Source: Azolla caroliniana (lineage: Eukaryota > Plantae > Polypodiophyta). From it: a stretch of DNA of 64,000 nucleotides. The number at the start of each line of letters is the position of its first letter. Position 1 is the first letter of the stretch. Both the position numbers and the translations under genes were made by a program. The stretch spans positions 9,486,001 through 9,550,000 of the forward strand of contig JBHGNT010000002.1 of the NCBI GenBank assembly GCA_043228905.1, written 5' to 3'. Positions 12,929 to 24,810 of the stretch are shown here, in pieces. The notes beneath the pieces are model-generated. The model ran no database searches, was not told where the DNA came from, and saw only the letters and a list, made by a program, of their open reading frames with translations.

Positions 12929-13190
12929 AATTTCAAAACTTAAGAGGAATGCTTCAATTGCCATAAACTCTTGCATCATACTGAAACCTATGGTTCATAT
13001 GTTTGACACATATCTCTTAGTAATGAAATTCTTCTGGCCACAAAATGCATGTTCAAATTGCAAATATAAAATTTCAAAACTTAAGAGGAATGCTTCCATG
13101 CACTAGTTTATCGGTCTCCATAAACTATTGCAGCATCCAAACCTATGGTTGATATGATCAACACATATGTCTTAGTAATGAAATTCTTCT
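12929..13190. repeat. Imperfect ~141-bp direct duplication
   Basis: AATTTCAAAACTTAAGAGGAATGCTTC...CTTAGTAATGAAATTCTTCT at 12929 and 13070. Confidence 0.85.
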
Positions 13191-13810
13191 ATCCATTAAA
13201 TGTATATCTAAAGTCAAAATATCATAATCACCCAATTGATTGGGAGTAGATAAATGCTCCCATAAAACCTAGGTAAGCCATCTTTTATCCTTCTTATGCT
13301 ACAACATGAATCAAAGAGGCTACAACAGTCTACAATGCCTTCTTTTCCAAGAAAGCAAAAGAAAAAAATATAATATAATGGGTTCAAGTAAGTGTGGTTT
13401 TGGCACATGGACCCCCAATGGATGTCCCAAGCCCCTAAATATTGAAGCTTTGTTAATCACAGAACTCTATCATCCTAAACTTTCTAAATCATTTTATGTG
13501 CAAGAGATAGGAAAATACTTCCTCTAATTAATATCCACAAAGCGAATGCAAATTTATTTCGACTTGCATATTCTTTGCAAGATTTTCTTTTGGGGCTTGT
13601 AGAAAAACATAAAGGAATCAATAGCCAACGTTTGTGTCACTAAATGTCCTCCAAAAGGAAATTATGAACCCATAAAAGGAAGATGCAATCCCACAATATC
13701 ACTACATGTTGTGAGCAATGATAGCATTACTAACAATGGATGTGAACAAATAACAATGGGCTACATGGACAACCTTGTTGTCAGGATAACAAGTGCATCT
13801 TGTACGAAAA

Positions 13811-13864
13811 GGATTTGAACTTGTGGCCTTATGATACAAGTCTCATAGCCTTACCATTGGGATA
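13811..13864 (-). other. tRNA-derived A/B-box segment (SINE head or LTR end)
   Basis: Minus TATCCCAATGG...AGTTCAAATCC with about 43-nt start-to-start spacing; resembles the LTR terminus of element B. Confidence 0.5.
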
Positions 13865-14098
13865 ATACGGATTGTCGTCAAAATTTAATATATATATATA
13901 TTTTTTTCCAAAAAAACACTACTTCGCATTAGTTAGCAAACAAAATTACATCATAGAACACCCAAAGTTCTTCTCACCAGCCCTCACTCTGGCCTTCCCA
14001 CCAAAGTGGACATAGTCCCCACCTCATTTTCAACAAACGTATCCAAACAACTCCAATAACCTAATAATTTGTACCATATCTATACAGATTTACAACAC

Positions 14099-17000
14099 CT
14101 AGACGCTGTTGGAAACCGGAAACAGCCATCGGGGTGCTTGGTAGTTCCATTGAGGCCCTGATGAGGATCTGCCCACCATAGGAGAATTACCCCATTTCAG
14201 CAAGAACTTTGATCGAGATCTTTCAGCTGCATCAGATTCCCCCTTGATTGAGTCGTATCGTCCCCGCAGCCAAGATACCAACTCAAACCAGATATTTAAT
14301 AATACCTCACCGCTAGGGATCTTTTGTTGTTGAAAAACAAATTTACAACGGTTGGTCCAAATGTGCCAGACCGATAAACAAGACACCATCATCCATATCT
14401 CCTCAAAAAATTCTGAGTTAGTGCCATGTCGAACTCCAGCTCGTTGAAACACCTTGCCATCCTGCACTATAAAACCATGTCCGTGGGGATTTAACTGTTC
14501 AGCCCAGCCTTCCCCTGTTAACTTCAGCCCTTGTATGGACCCCCATACAACTCTCCCATTCACTCCGCATGCTGCCACTATCCTGAGACTTCTACCCCAA
14601 ATGTTAATAGCCTCGCTGCAGTTCCGAAAACAATGAGGAATTGATTCCAAAGGGTGTCCACAACTTTTGCATCCAGCCTCACCACCACGACACCTAAGCC
14701 ACTCCCCCACTGGCACCGCTTTGTGGCTAAGAAGCCACAACCAAAGCTTTATTTTTTCTGGCATATCAAACGCCCATAGCCTCCTCCAAAACGACTTCAA
14801 CCAGTCATCAGAAATGCCTTTATCCTTCCAACTATTGCGAGTTAGGCCAGCACCCATCAATTTAGAGCCAATGATTTGCCTTCCTAGCTTGGTAGTGTAC
14901 TCGAAAAACCGTTCAAGTTTGTCTGTACCCGGTTTCTGCCACCACACCTCTAGTGGATCCCAATCCAGATCACATATGGGCTTGTTGTCAACTATCCAGA
15001 GTTTACGATAAGATTCCAGCTTCCCTGGGTCCGGGTTTACTTGCCACTTCTTACCTTCCAACATTGCCACTCGCACTGCCAACCATTGGCCATTGTCTGC
15101 CAAAGCACTTAGGTTGCCCCACAAACGATACTCATTAGATGGGCACCTACCTCGGATAATTTGCGGATCGCCCTCACCTACAAACCACCCAAACCAGACC
15201 CCCTCTTCTTCATTCAGCCTAGCTAGACCATCAACAACCTTATCTATCAAGTGGGTAACCTTTTCCAGCCTGCCGGTAAATCGAGGACTTCCAACCAGAC
15301 CCTCCCTTCTCCTTTTGAACTCCTCCCAGTCTCTTACTGAACTAACATTGTACCCTACCATTTTTCCCCATGGCAAGTATTTTTTCTGACCAAGCATCAT
15401 ACCATCATCACTTCGAATCCTGGGGTTCCAAAACAGAGGTTGACGGAGTTGTTCCTCCATTGTTTTTGGCTGCATTAAGACCAACCCCTCTCTTAAACTT
15501 GACCAGGCCCTCATTATGGTGCGGGCCACCCTATCCTCCATGCTAGTAGGTTCTTTTAACGTTAGGCCTGGACTGAACAACCACCACATCTTTGCCTTCC
15601 AAGGGCCGCCATTCCTCGGACTCTAGAGTTCAGCTCTGTCTCTAAGGAGCAATTTCCACAATTCTGGTCCAGGTTGGAGACTTCGCACCAAGAGCTTACC
15701 AAGTAAAGCCTTACTTTGGTGACCTGGATCCACCATCCCAAGTCCACCTTGACTTTTTGCCTTGATCAAACAACTCCAGGCCACTTTAGCTGAAGCAGTC
15801 TCATGGTCTCTACCCGACCAAAGGAACCCTCTCACCATTGCCTTAATATTTTTTATGCACTCTTTATCTAACATCCAGCATGCCAACGAGTGCCACATGG
15901 TGGCCAACAAAATATGGTTTACCACAACCACTCTACTTGCAAGGGAAAGCTTTACTGATGCCCATAACCGAAGCTTTTTTCTGATTTTGTCTTTCACTTG
16001 CTCAAGTTGCTGATTTTTCTGAATCTCTATTCCCACCAAAAAGCCCAAATACTTAACAGCCCTTCCATTAGGAACCCATTGAAAATCAGCATTAGGTTGC
16101 CAATTCGGCCAAGAGTTTGGACTTACCCAAAACCCTCTACTTTTGTTCCAATTAGGAACCCATTGAAAATCAGCATTAGGTTGCCAATTCGGCCAAGAGT
16201 TTGGACTTACCCAAAACCCTCTACTTTTGTTCCAATTAATTTTCCCACCTGATGCTTTACAGAACAACTCAATTCGATTTTCAGCCTGCTGTAAATTAGC
16301 ATCATTGCCTTGCAGATAGAGCATGGTGTCATCTGCATACATGGAGTCCAACAAGTCCTTACAAGCATGTGGGACAACCAAACCTCGAATTCCTGCATCC
16401 GGTCTATTTAAAAAGAAAGAGAATGCCTCTGAGATAAATAAATAAAGGTAGGGGGCCAATGGGCACCCCTGTCTGACAGACTTGCATAATGGAATTGATG
16501 GGCCCCGTTGCCCTAGTACCAACACCCTACTCAAGCTTCCTTTGTAAAGCGCCAACGCAGCTGCTCTCCATTTTGAGGGTAGTCCCAACCGCTCCATGAC
16601 TTTGTCTTAAAAAGGCCATTGTACTCTATCATATGCCTTCTCAAAGTCAAGCATGAGGCATGCAATATGTTGATTGGTTTTCTTCGCCAGGGCAATCGCT
16701 TCCCAAAAGGTCAACACATTATCGATTATACATCTATTTTCCATGAATCCTGTTTGTCCAACATTAATTAGCGCTTGTAAGTGGGGTTTGACCCTCTTGG
16801 CCAGCATATTAGCAAAAATCTTATAGATTGTGTTGAGCAACGTAATCGGTCTCCATTGCCTCACATCTGATAGTATACCCTTTACCTTAGGAATTAGAAA
16901 TATTAGTCCCTCTTTAAAATGTTCAGGGAGGTACCCATCATCCCATGCCTCATTTAGTCCAGCAACCAGGTCAACCTTAATTATTTCCCAAAATTTTTCA

Positions 17001-18472
17001 TAAAAATCTTTTGATAATCCATCGTCTCCTAGACAAGACGTTCTACATATACTTGCCAAAGCATCTGACACCTCCTCTTCCAAGAGTGGCCCTGACAACT
17101 TAACTTGTGCAACCTCTGAAATTCTTGGTTGCATTCCCTCCAATACAAATTCTGCCAGTGAGGGCTGGTCTGGGAGACTATAATTATTTGATAGTAGCCC
17201 ATTATAGTGAGATGTGACTGCCTCCATGATCTCTGATACATCTGCTGACAGTGAACCATCCTCCTTGATCAATTTAGGAATGAAGTTACCAATTGTGCAC
17301 GGTTTTTTAAACTTAAAAAATTGTTGTTTCACCTTGTCCCCATTCCTACTCCACCAAGCTGCTGAACTCCTGAATACCATCTTATTTCTTGACACAATCA
17401 GCCGCTGAAGTGTTTCTTTGGCAGCCTCCAAACCTGATCTTGACCAAAGACACTTGGGATTTTTCTGGAGCATTCTTTGGGCAGCCGCTATCGATCTTCT
17501 TAGTCTCACCTCTCTTTCCTTAGATCTCTCCAATCTATTTTTAGTCTCTTCATGCAAATACTTTGAAGTTTCAATAATCTTTCCTTGAAGATTATCCAAA
17601 GCACCACAACCAGCTAGATTATTTTCCCATATACTCCTTATCTTACTTCTCACCTCCACATCCTCAAAAAGCTTATTACTAATCCTTAAGTTGCAGTCCC
17701 TTTTGTTCAGCCTCTGAGTGACCAACGTAATCGAAACCGGCATGTGATCAGAGTAAGCTGAACCTGCGATGATTTCAACATTGCTGCCATATTTTTCCAG
17801 TTCCGAGCTTATGTATATTCTGTCTATGCGAGACATACAATAGCCATTTATATTACAGCCTGCTCTTGAGAAGCGTAATGAGCTCCGAGGCTTTTTTAAT
17901 ACATACCAAGCATCTTTCACTCCCATTCTGCCCATCAACAAATCCCATGCAACTAGCTCTGACCCCTGCACCGCCGTATGCATGCCCCCCACCTTGTCTT
18001 CTGCGTGCATAGTCATGTTAAAATCCCCTGCGAGGATCCATGCATCTGCCATCGGCAATCCATCAGCCAATTGCCTCCAAAAAAGGGCCCGCATCACTGT
18101 CGAATTGGGCGCGTACACATTTATTATTCCAATGATACGTTGTTGCCATCTGATTGTCACATAGATGGCACGTCCCTCCACGATGGTGCCTTGGCCCACA
18201 ACAATTATATCTGGATTATTCTTAATAGATGTACAAACACCCCCTTTTCTACCATGCTCACCTTGCGCTGGGGACCAAATAGTATGCCAATCCCCCGCTA
18301 GAGGATTGCCAATACTCGAGATTCTGTTCGCACTCAAATGGTGCTCTTGCAAGAGCAAAATGTCTGGGATCCCCCTAAAGCTAGGGGATTTGAACTCTTG
18401 GCGGAGGTTCTTCCTCTCCAACATACATTTGCTACCGCCTAGACCTCGTATGTTCCACGTGATTAATTTCAT
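14099..18472 (-). pseudogene. LINE ORF2 (APE endonuclease, RT, zf-RVT) with two in-frame stops
   Basis: TWNIRGL, LLQEHH, NVYAPN, GDFN, SRIDR, SDH, WRPITLLN, DFEKAYDRV, RQGCPLAP, YADD, CKSCG..ESIPHCF; stops at 16607 and 15623 in one frame. Confidence 0.93.
16067..16238. repeat. 84-bp in-frame tandem duplication in LINE RT
   Basis: WNKSRGFWVSPNSWPNWQPNADFQWVPN twice; ATTA microhomology at the ends. Confidence 0.95.
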
Positions 18473-20763
18473 GAGAACAATTGTGAGGTCTCCCAAGCCG
18501 GACATAGTCCCTCCCCACGAGCCCATGCCCAACCTCCCGACTTGATGCTCTCCCGTCCTAAAACAACATCTTGCCTTGTAGCTTCAGCCATTTCCTCCTC
18601 ATGGAAGTGCAACACCTCATCAAGAGGGTCTATCATCTCCTCTAGGCATAGTAAAATCTGTTTTTTAATGCAAGAATTATGAAAACTCCCACATATCATT
18701 CCAGCATTCAGCCACATCAACCTCCAATTATCTCCATTCCAATTGATAGGTAGGCTGCGAAAGTATTTGTGTGCCTTGACTTCTATAAAGTTGGAGATCC
18801 GTGGCATGTTACTAGTTGTAACCTCTAGGTCTGTTAGATCAAAAGAGAAGCCTATAGCCGGCAGCTTGTTTCGTTCAGCAACAATTACATAAACCCTTAG
18901 CCCTAGAGCTTCCCCTTGTGACAAATCCGTCAGTCTTGTGAGAGCTTGCTGACTAAACCTATATCCCTTGTCTAGCATGTCCCCTTCCAATATTTTTGAC
19001 CTAACAAATTTGATTGGAACTCTAACATTTGCCTCCTTACTTCTTTCTCCCACTGCTTGCAACTTAATTTCAGGAGCGTTGGGTGAGCTTTCTTGACATC
19101 TCCCATTACGCAGCCAGTCTTTCATTGCTCTCAGTCCCATACTTCCACTTTTACCAATAGAGGAAGGGGAGCCCATGGTAGATTCTTGTCTAAGTGTTCC
19201 ACTTTTTAACATGACCTCGGGTGTACATACTACCACCTCTTCAACAATAGTTTTCTTTGAATCTTGTGCTAGGTCCTCCTCTTCTTGCAACACTTCAAAA
19301 CGATTTCTCAAATCTGCATGAGGTGTATTCGTGTTTACTTCTCGTTGCAAGCCATTTTTCCGTCCCGAAACACGAGTCCAGCCATTTGCACTATTGTTCG
19401 CCTTCTCAGCCCCAATGAGGTTGCTCAATCTTGACTCCCTTATCGGTTCTTGCTTATCTAACAGCCCAATATCCTTCTCCCCCCTTACATTTCTATTAAT
19501 CTTCCTTGGACATTCCTTCGCAATGTGGCCCTTTCTTTTACAATAGAAACATTGGCCAGGTAAACCCTCATATTCCACCTCCACATCTATCAATCTTCCC
19601 TCCACATCATGCACTCTAATTAGGGAGGGAAGTGTGGACAAACTTTGCACAAGCACCCTAATCTTAGGGGAGTCTCGGATTTTGTCTACCATGGATGCCT
19701 TGGAAGGACAAATTGTGCCAATCTTCTCCCCAATATTTTGCATCAACGGATATAAGTGTCGAGGCAGATTAGGGAATACCATAGATATCACCATGGGATT
19801 ACCAATTTTCTTAGCCTCATCCATAACATTGAAATTAGCATGCCACTCCAACAACAAAGCTCTTCCGTATTTGAGTTCTACACATTTCATATTGATAATT
19901 TGCGATACATCACTCCCTTCATTCACTTCGATGTGAAAGAAATTTCGACCCATATTATCCACACTCTTTATATGTGGGACCTTATCCATTAAAGCTACTT
20001 GTAGCATATCACGGACCATACCTCTGTTGGGCCTACCACCAAATAGCTTACAAATGAACGAACATTTTTTTAATCTTTTGATCTCGGCATTTAAGATTGT
20101 ACTTTCTTCTTCGGACAGAAAAACATCCAATACATCGGAAGTCTCCACCATTTTCAAATCCTTATCATCATCTCCTCTCGTGCATGTATTATGTGCATTA
20201 TGTGCCTGACCACATTCATTCAAAAGATTTTCCACTTGTAACGTGTACTCTTTGGCCTCACTCTCCACCATAGGCAACCCTTGAGACGATCCTCCTTGCA
20301 ATCCCCGCTGCCCCTCTTCTACTCCCTCTTCATCCATTTGCCATGATGCAAGGTTGGCATGATCTCCTCCAGCTTCTTGCTTCCGTGCATCTACTTTCCA
20401 AACCTCCGCTTCTCCCCACACTCGTGAATCCTCAATGCCATCATCTGCAAAGAGGGTTGTAGCCATACTGCTGGAAGGAGCCCTAATCATCTCTTTCATC
20501 CATCCCCTCTTATCTGTCTGATTCACCGAATCCTTACCTATCCTACCAGCACCTCCATTAATATGATTCCCTACGACTTTCCAAGCGTCACTTGTTTCCT
20601 TGTGTTCCAAATTCCCAACTTGCTGCTTCTCGCGGCCATTAACCATCCTTTGTAGTGCATACCTCGACTCCACCCACCGCACGGGCGGCACCCTTGCCGC
20701 TGATACTTTAATCGATGACATTGAGTCTACTTTACCACCCTCAGATGGCTCCCTTGCCACCAT
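18469..20763 (-). CDS. LINE ORF1 (DUF4283-like domain plus CCHC zinc knuckle)
   Basis: Open 764-aa ORF; VEYEGLPGQCFYCKRKGHIAKEC; NRFEVL motif; upstream of ORF2. Confidence 0.85.
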   Translation of the reverse strand: MVAREPSEGGKVDSMSSIKVSAARVPPVRWVESRYALQRMVNGREKQQVGNLEHKETSDAWKVVGNHINGGAGRIGKDSVNQTDKRGWMKEMIRAPSSSMATTLFADDGIEDSRVWGEAEVWKVDARKQEAGGDHANLASWQMDEEGVEEGQRGLQGGSSQGLPMVESEAKEYTLQVENLLNECGQAHNAHNTCTRGDDDKDLKMVETSDVLDVFLSEEESTILNAEIKRLKKCSFICKLFGGRPNRGMVRDMLQVALMDKVPHIKSVDNMGRNFFHIEVNEGSDVSQIINMKCVELKYGRALLLEWHANFNVMDEAKKIGNPMVISMVFPNLPRHLYPLMQNIGEKIGTICPSKASMVDKIRDSPKIRVLVQSLSTLPSLIRVHDVEGRLIDVEVEYEGLPGQCFYCKRKGHIAKECPRKINRNVRGEKDIGLLDKQEPIRESRLSNLIGAEKANNSANGWTRVSGRKNGLQREVNTNTPHADLRNRFEVLQEEEDLAQDSKKTIVEEVVVCTPEVMLKSGTLRQESTMGSPSSIGKSGSMGLRAMKDWLRNGRCQESSPNAPEIKLQAVGERSKEANVRVPIKFVRSKILEGDMLDKGYRFSQQALTRLTDLSQGEALGLRVYVIVAERNKLPAIGFSFDLTDLEVTTSNMPRISNFIEVKAHKYFRSLPINWNGDNWRLMWLNAGMICGSFHNSCIKKQILLCLEEMIDPLDEVLHFHEEEMAEATRQDVVLGRESIKSGGWAWARGEGLCPAWETSQLFS

Positions 20764-21129
20764 GTTTTCTTGTATCCCGCAGCCCTTAGGCTCCCTTATC
20801 CTCTAGTGCTCTACACTCAGTCTTATTCCCTAATCAGAACGTAACTGACACTGTAGGGGTAGGTAAACTCACAAGCAATGTGGTTCATTCGAGGCACTCT
20901 GTGCAGCCGAACAGCCTCTGACGAGCGGCCGAGTTCTTGGACAGCGGCACACAGCTAACCAGCGCTCGCGTTCCTCACCGTGCTGCTCCTGCTCGCCATT
21001 TCCTCTTCTCGCCATGCTCTGCTCCTGCTCCTCGCCATGCTCTGCTCCCCCGTGATGGTTGATTGAGTCAAAGATAGTTAAGGCTCAAGGAGCAGTTTTG
21101 TTTCCTAATCGTTTCATAAAATTCATGAA

Positions 21130-21265
21130 ATATTCAAACAATCTAGAATACTCTAGAATGTTCTAACAATCTAGAATACTCTAGAATGTGCTAAAAACAA
21201 ATCCAAGAATATTTTGGAGAATTCTAGAAAATCCAGGAATACTCCTTAGGGCGGAGCACTAGAAT
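21130..21265. repeat. CTAGAA-rich array (heat-shock-element-like), probable LTR remnant
   Basis: AACAATCTAGAATACTCTAGAATGT twice, GAATTCTAGAA; resembles U3 of element B. Confidence 0.5.
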
Positions 21266-21994
21266 GTAATAACTAGCTTTTTGAGCGATGTTCAAAACGA
21301 CAACAACAAATGGCAAAGACAAGATTAGAGTCCACAAATGCATCAAGCGTAGCAAAACCCTGAACAAGAGAATAATATAATACGTCTCCTAAAAATACCC
21401 CAACAGTAATGGAAGTTGATGCAACACATTGTCATGTAAACGTGCGTGTTTGTGCTACTCGAGTGGTACCAAGGGGTCTTGGACTAGGGAGGATGCAAAG
21501 ATTAGGAGGGCACAAATGTTTCAAGACTTGACGGATCCTCGGACCCAAAAAGCTCCTAGAGTCGAAGGCTCGCTAGAGTCAAAGGGAGTGATGAGTCAAA
21601 GATTGATTAACGCACAAGGTTAAGATTAAAACATGCAATTAGCCTAAAGAACATGCAATTATGAAGGGATTTCACAATATTACGTCCAAAATGGGCCTCC
21701 TTTTAGGCCAAAAATGATAGATTACGAAAGAAATTCCCTTTATCAAATAGGGTTTACAAGTTGTGAGAAAGTTTATAACAATAGGAGCTCTAAGTTATCC
21801 ACTAATACACACGGAAACGAAAGTAAGACGGTTGAAGCTCCTGGAGTAGGTGAGTCGAGTGGGCCACCAAGACTGAGATTTGAACTTTGTATATACAATA
21901 CAAGGTTAGTGGCTCTAGTTACTAGGTCATTCACCTTTAACTATTATAATTATATTTTCCCCTTTTCTACCTTTGGCCACGCCTTTTGAGTAGT

Positions 21995-22083
21995 TAATTT
22001 TGCTTTTATGCGTCTTTTGGATCTTTTTGCTTGCTTCCCATGCGATTCTAGTAAGTTGATGTGAGGGACTTTTTTGAACCTTA
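21995..22083 (-). mobile_element. Short non-LTR (RTE-like) ORF fragment
   Basis: KVQKSPSHQLTRIAWEASKKIQK resembles the post-RT region of non-LTR elements; weak. Confidence 0.35.
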
Positions 22084-22560
22084 TGTAGCGCTTGTGACCA
22101 GCCACAGCCAGTTACCGTTCGTATATTCGTGTGCAAGAAATAACGCTCTAACAAAAACCCGAAGAACAGAATAGCAAAAACAAAGAACACACAGATTTTA
22201 CCGTGGAAACCTGAACTGGGAAAAACCCACGTAAGGTCTGCTTGCTCCGAAAACAGATCACTATGATGATGAGGGGTACAACAAGAAACTCAGAGGAAAC
22301 AACCTCAAGTTCTTCTTCGTCAGTAGACAGCTATGGAGTTGCACTTACTCACACTCTCCCTCTCACACGCATTCTCTCAGTTCCGGAGACAACTACCTCG
22401 TGCTAACTATCACACGATTAATGATGTGTCTACTTATGATGATTGCCCTAGATGCTTATATACTAGTACAACTTTTGGACTATTTACAAGTATAGCCCAC
22501 AGAGGCTTATTTCGACTATTTACAAAGATTATGCTTCAAGTTTACTTAACCCCAAGCATA
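22084..22560 (-). repeat. Partial Copia-type LTR
   Basis: Minus strand ends ...GCTGTGGCTGGTCACAAGCGCTACA and carries GGGTTTTTCCCAGTTCAGGTTTCCACGG; far boundary unclear. Confidence 0.65.
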
Positions 22561-22579
22561 TGCTTAAGATATAAATTGC

Positions 22580-22860
22580 CTTGGGATGGTTGGATCTTCA
22601 CAGGTCAAATGCATAATGATATGGTAAGTTGTCTTCATGATCAAGATTTCATCCATAATGGAAAGAAACTTGTGAATGCACTAGATAATCCCTCAAGACA
22701 ATTAGTAATTGGGGATGTATGGATCACATTGAATCATGTGTCTTTGGTATATAATAACTTCTCTATTGATGCACATGGCTTAAGGGAATGTGATATTACG
22801 AGAGAAGATAGGCAAAATTGGGCTGGAGCTCAAAGAATTGCAAGTAGAAATGTAGAAACC
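22580..22860 (+). mobile_element. Fragment of a putative P-superfamily-like DNA transposase
   Basis: DFIHNGKKLVN fits the D-x2-H-x2-K-x2-[R]N pattern, followed by DRQNWAGAQRIAS; recognition only. Confidence 0.4.
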
Positions 22861-23759
22861 AAATATAAACCTACGGTATTCCAAATATATTTTCTGATTT
22901 CTTTACTTCCATGTATATTAAGATTTCTTGCTTTTGTTGTTACATTTTATGATATAGGTCCAATGTTGAAGATGGAAACGACATGAAATTTACAGCCTAA
23001 AATGAACTTCTTAGGGTTTTCTTTTTATATACTCAGTCTTTATAAGGGTAATCTTTATTGCAATAAGTTTTTTAAGTAGATATTGCAATAACAAAATGAT
23101 TTATTTTATTTCATTTTGATTTGGGTAAGAGTATGTGAATAGATGATGTCTTACATTTCAAATGGAAATATGAAGTAGGTTGCCATTTGTTTGATCAATG
23201 TGTTTGAGAAAAAATAATATTATGTCTTTATATGAATCTATATCCATGAAACCAAACATAATGTTAATTTGTTAGTAATTTCATTATTGATATGCATTTT
23301 GGATTGTTCCATATGTGCTCTTTGAGATGTATGTGTTAAGTTCAAGATTGTTTTATTGTAAATTACATTGTTTTTTATCACTCAATGTTCTTCATACGTC
23401 TCAATAAACTAAAAACAAAAACTTATATGTGGCTTGTATATGTTATACCTGTAGTGTTTTTGGGTAATGTTTCCTAATTGTGTGTACATTACTTTGTACT
23501 TTACACATTGTGTTTTCAATCTATGTGGCACTTAATGAAGCATTTCTAGGAATTTGCATATGATGTTTAATGTCGATTCATAATTTTGCGAGTCATCAAT
23601 TGTAAAGATGGTCATTGATCCCTTCTAGGATCGCAACCTATGTGTGCATGTATATTTTATATGTAAGGGTATTTAAAATGGGTGGTTATCAAAAAATATA
23701 TTGGTAATAAGGGGTATTTTTATTAATCTTTTTTCTACAGAAGGGTTACTAAAATAGTA

Positions 23760-23976
23760 AAAACCATACGTATAAGGGGTTTATAAATGATGTCATGAAC
23801 GCACGTGATACAACCTTCTTATGTATAGTGGAGTCCCCGGGGTTTTTCCCAGTTCGGGTTTCCACGTTAAAATCTGTGTCATTCCCAGTTTCTGTATTCT
23901 GTTTTCCCTTTCCGTTAGATTGACTATTATTCCGCACATGTACAACCGGTTGTGGCCGGCAACGATTTGAACTACA
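23760..23976 (+). repeat. Partial Copia-type LTR (3' part)
   Basis: GGGGTTTTTCCCAGTTCGGGTTTCCACGTTAAAATC motif; ends CCGGTTGTGGCCGG...GAACTACA. Confidence 0.65.
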
Positions 23977-24197
23977 TTGTCTACATTCATTACCCTATTG
24001 TCTATGAGAGCGAGTTTGAGAGAGTGAGAGAGATATCGTGCTTAATCATATGTTAATCGTGAAGTGAGTGTGAGGCTCGGAGGTGTTCGACAACCATCTC
24101 TGCCCGATTCACCATCAAAAGGGTATATGCCGGTCCGAACCCCGCAAACGACATCGAGGAGTTAACTCCGTTGGTACATAGATCCTACACATCTATT

Positions 24198-24215
24198 TGG
24201 CGCCGCTGTCGGGGA
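24198..24215 (+). promoter_or_regulatory. Athila-type primer-binding site
   Basis: TGGCGCCGCTGTCGGGGA versus Athila consensus TGGCGCCGTTGCCGGGGA. Confidence 0.75.
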
Positions 24216-24574
24216 TACGACGATGCTTGAAGCCGACTTCAAATGATGGAACACTTGTAGGCAACCCACTTAACTAGGGAAGAAATCGAAAGGAAACCAT
24301 GTTAATTAAAATTTTCACTACTTCACATTTTCATTGAGTTAATTTTTTGTTTTTTTAGTTTTAATTCCCCCCCCCCCCCCCCTTTAATCGCCTGGACATT
24401 AGCAAGCTATTCGTCTTGTTAATGCTAAGCATTGTTGAGATTTAGCCGTTGCAGGGCAAAAGTGATCACCACGATTCTTGCTGATTACGATCATCCTATG
24501 GGACATGAAACAGCCGTTGGCGCCAAAAAATTCAAATTTCCTGCTCAAAGTTTGCCGATCATGTTCAACAAGAG

Positions 24575-24810
24575 AACATCCTTTGACAAAAGATCAAAGT
24601 TTGCCAAACCCACAAAGTTCAATGAAAGATCATCTTTCGACGAATCCACATCCTTCGACGAAAGATCAAAGTTTGACGAGCCCACATCTTTCGACGAAAA
24701 GTCAAAGTTTGCCAAACCCACAAAGTTCGACAAACCCACATCTTTCTACGAAAGATCTAGTTTGCCAAACCCACAAAATTTGACGAAAGATCATCTTTCG
24801 ACGAACCCGC
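24575..24810. repeat. 18/36-bp degenerate tandem array in the 5'UTR of element A
   Basis: Alternating CATCTTTCGACGAAAGAT / CAAAGTTTGCCAAACCCA units. Confidence 0.85.

Larger units (their letters stand above)
13900..21050 (-). mobile_element. Near full-length plant L1-clade LINE
   Basis: ORF1 plus APE-RT ORF2; A/(TA)-rich 3' end near 13890-13910; 5' limit approximate and no TSD verified. Confidence 0.9.
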
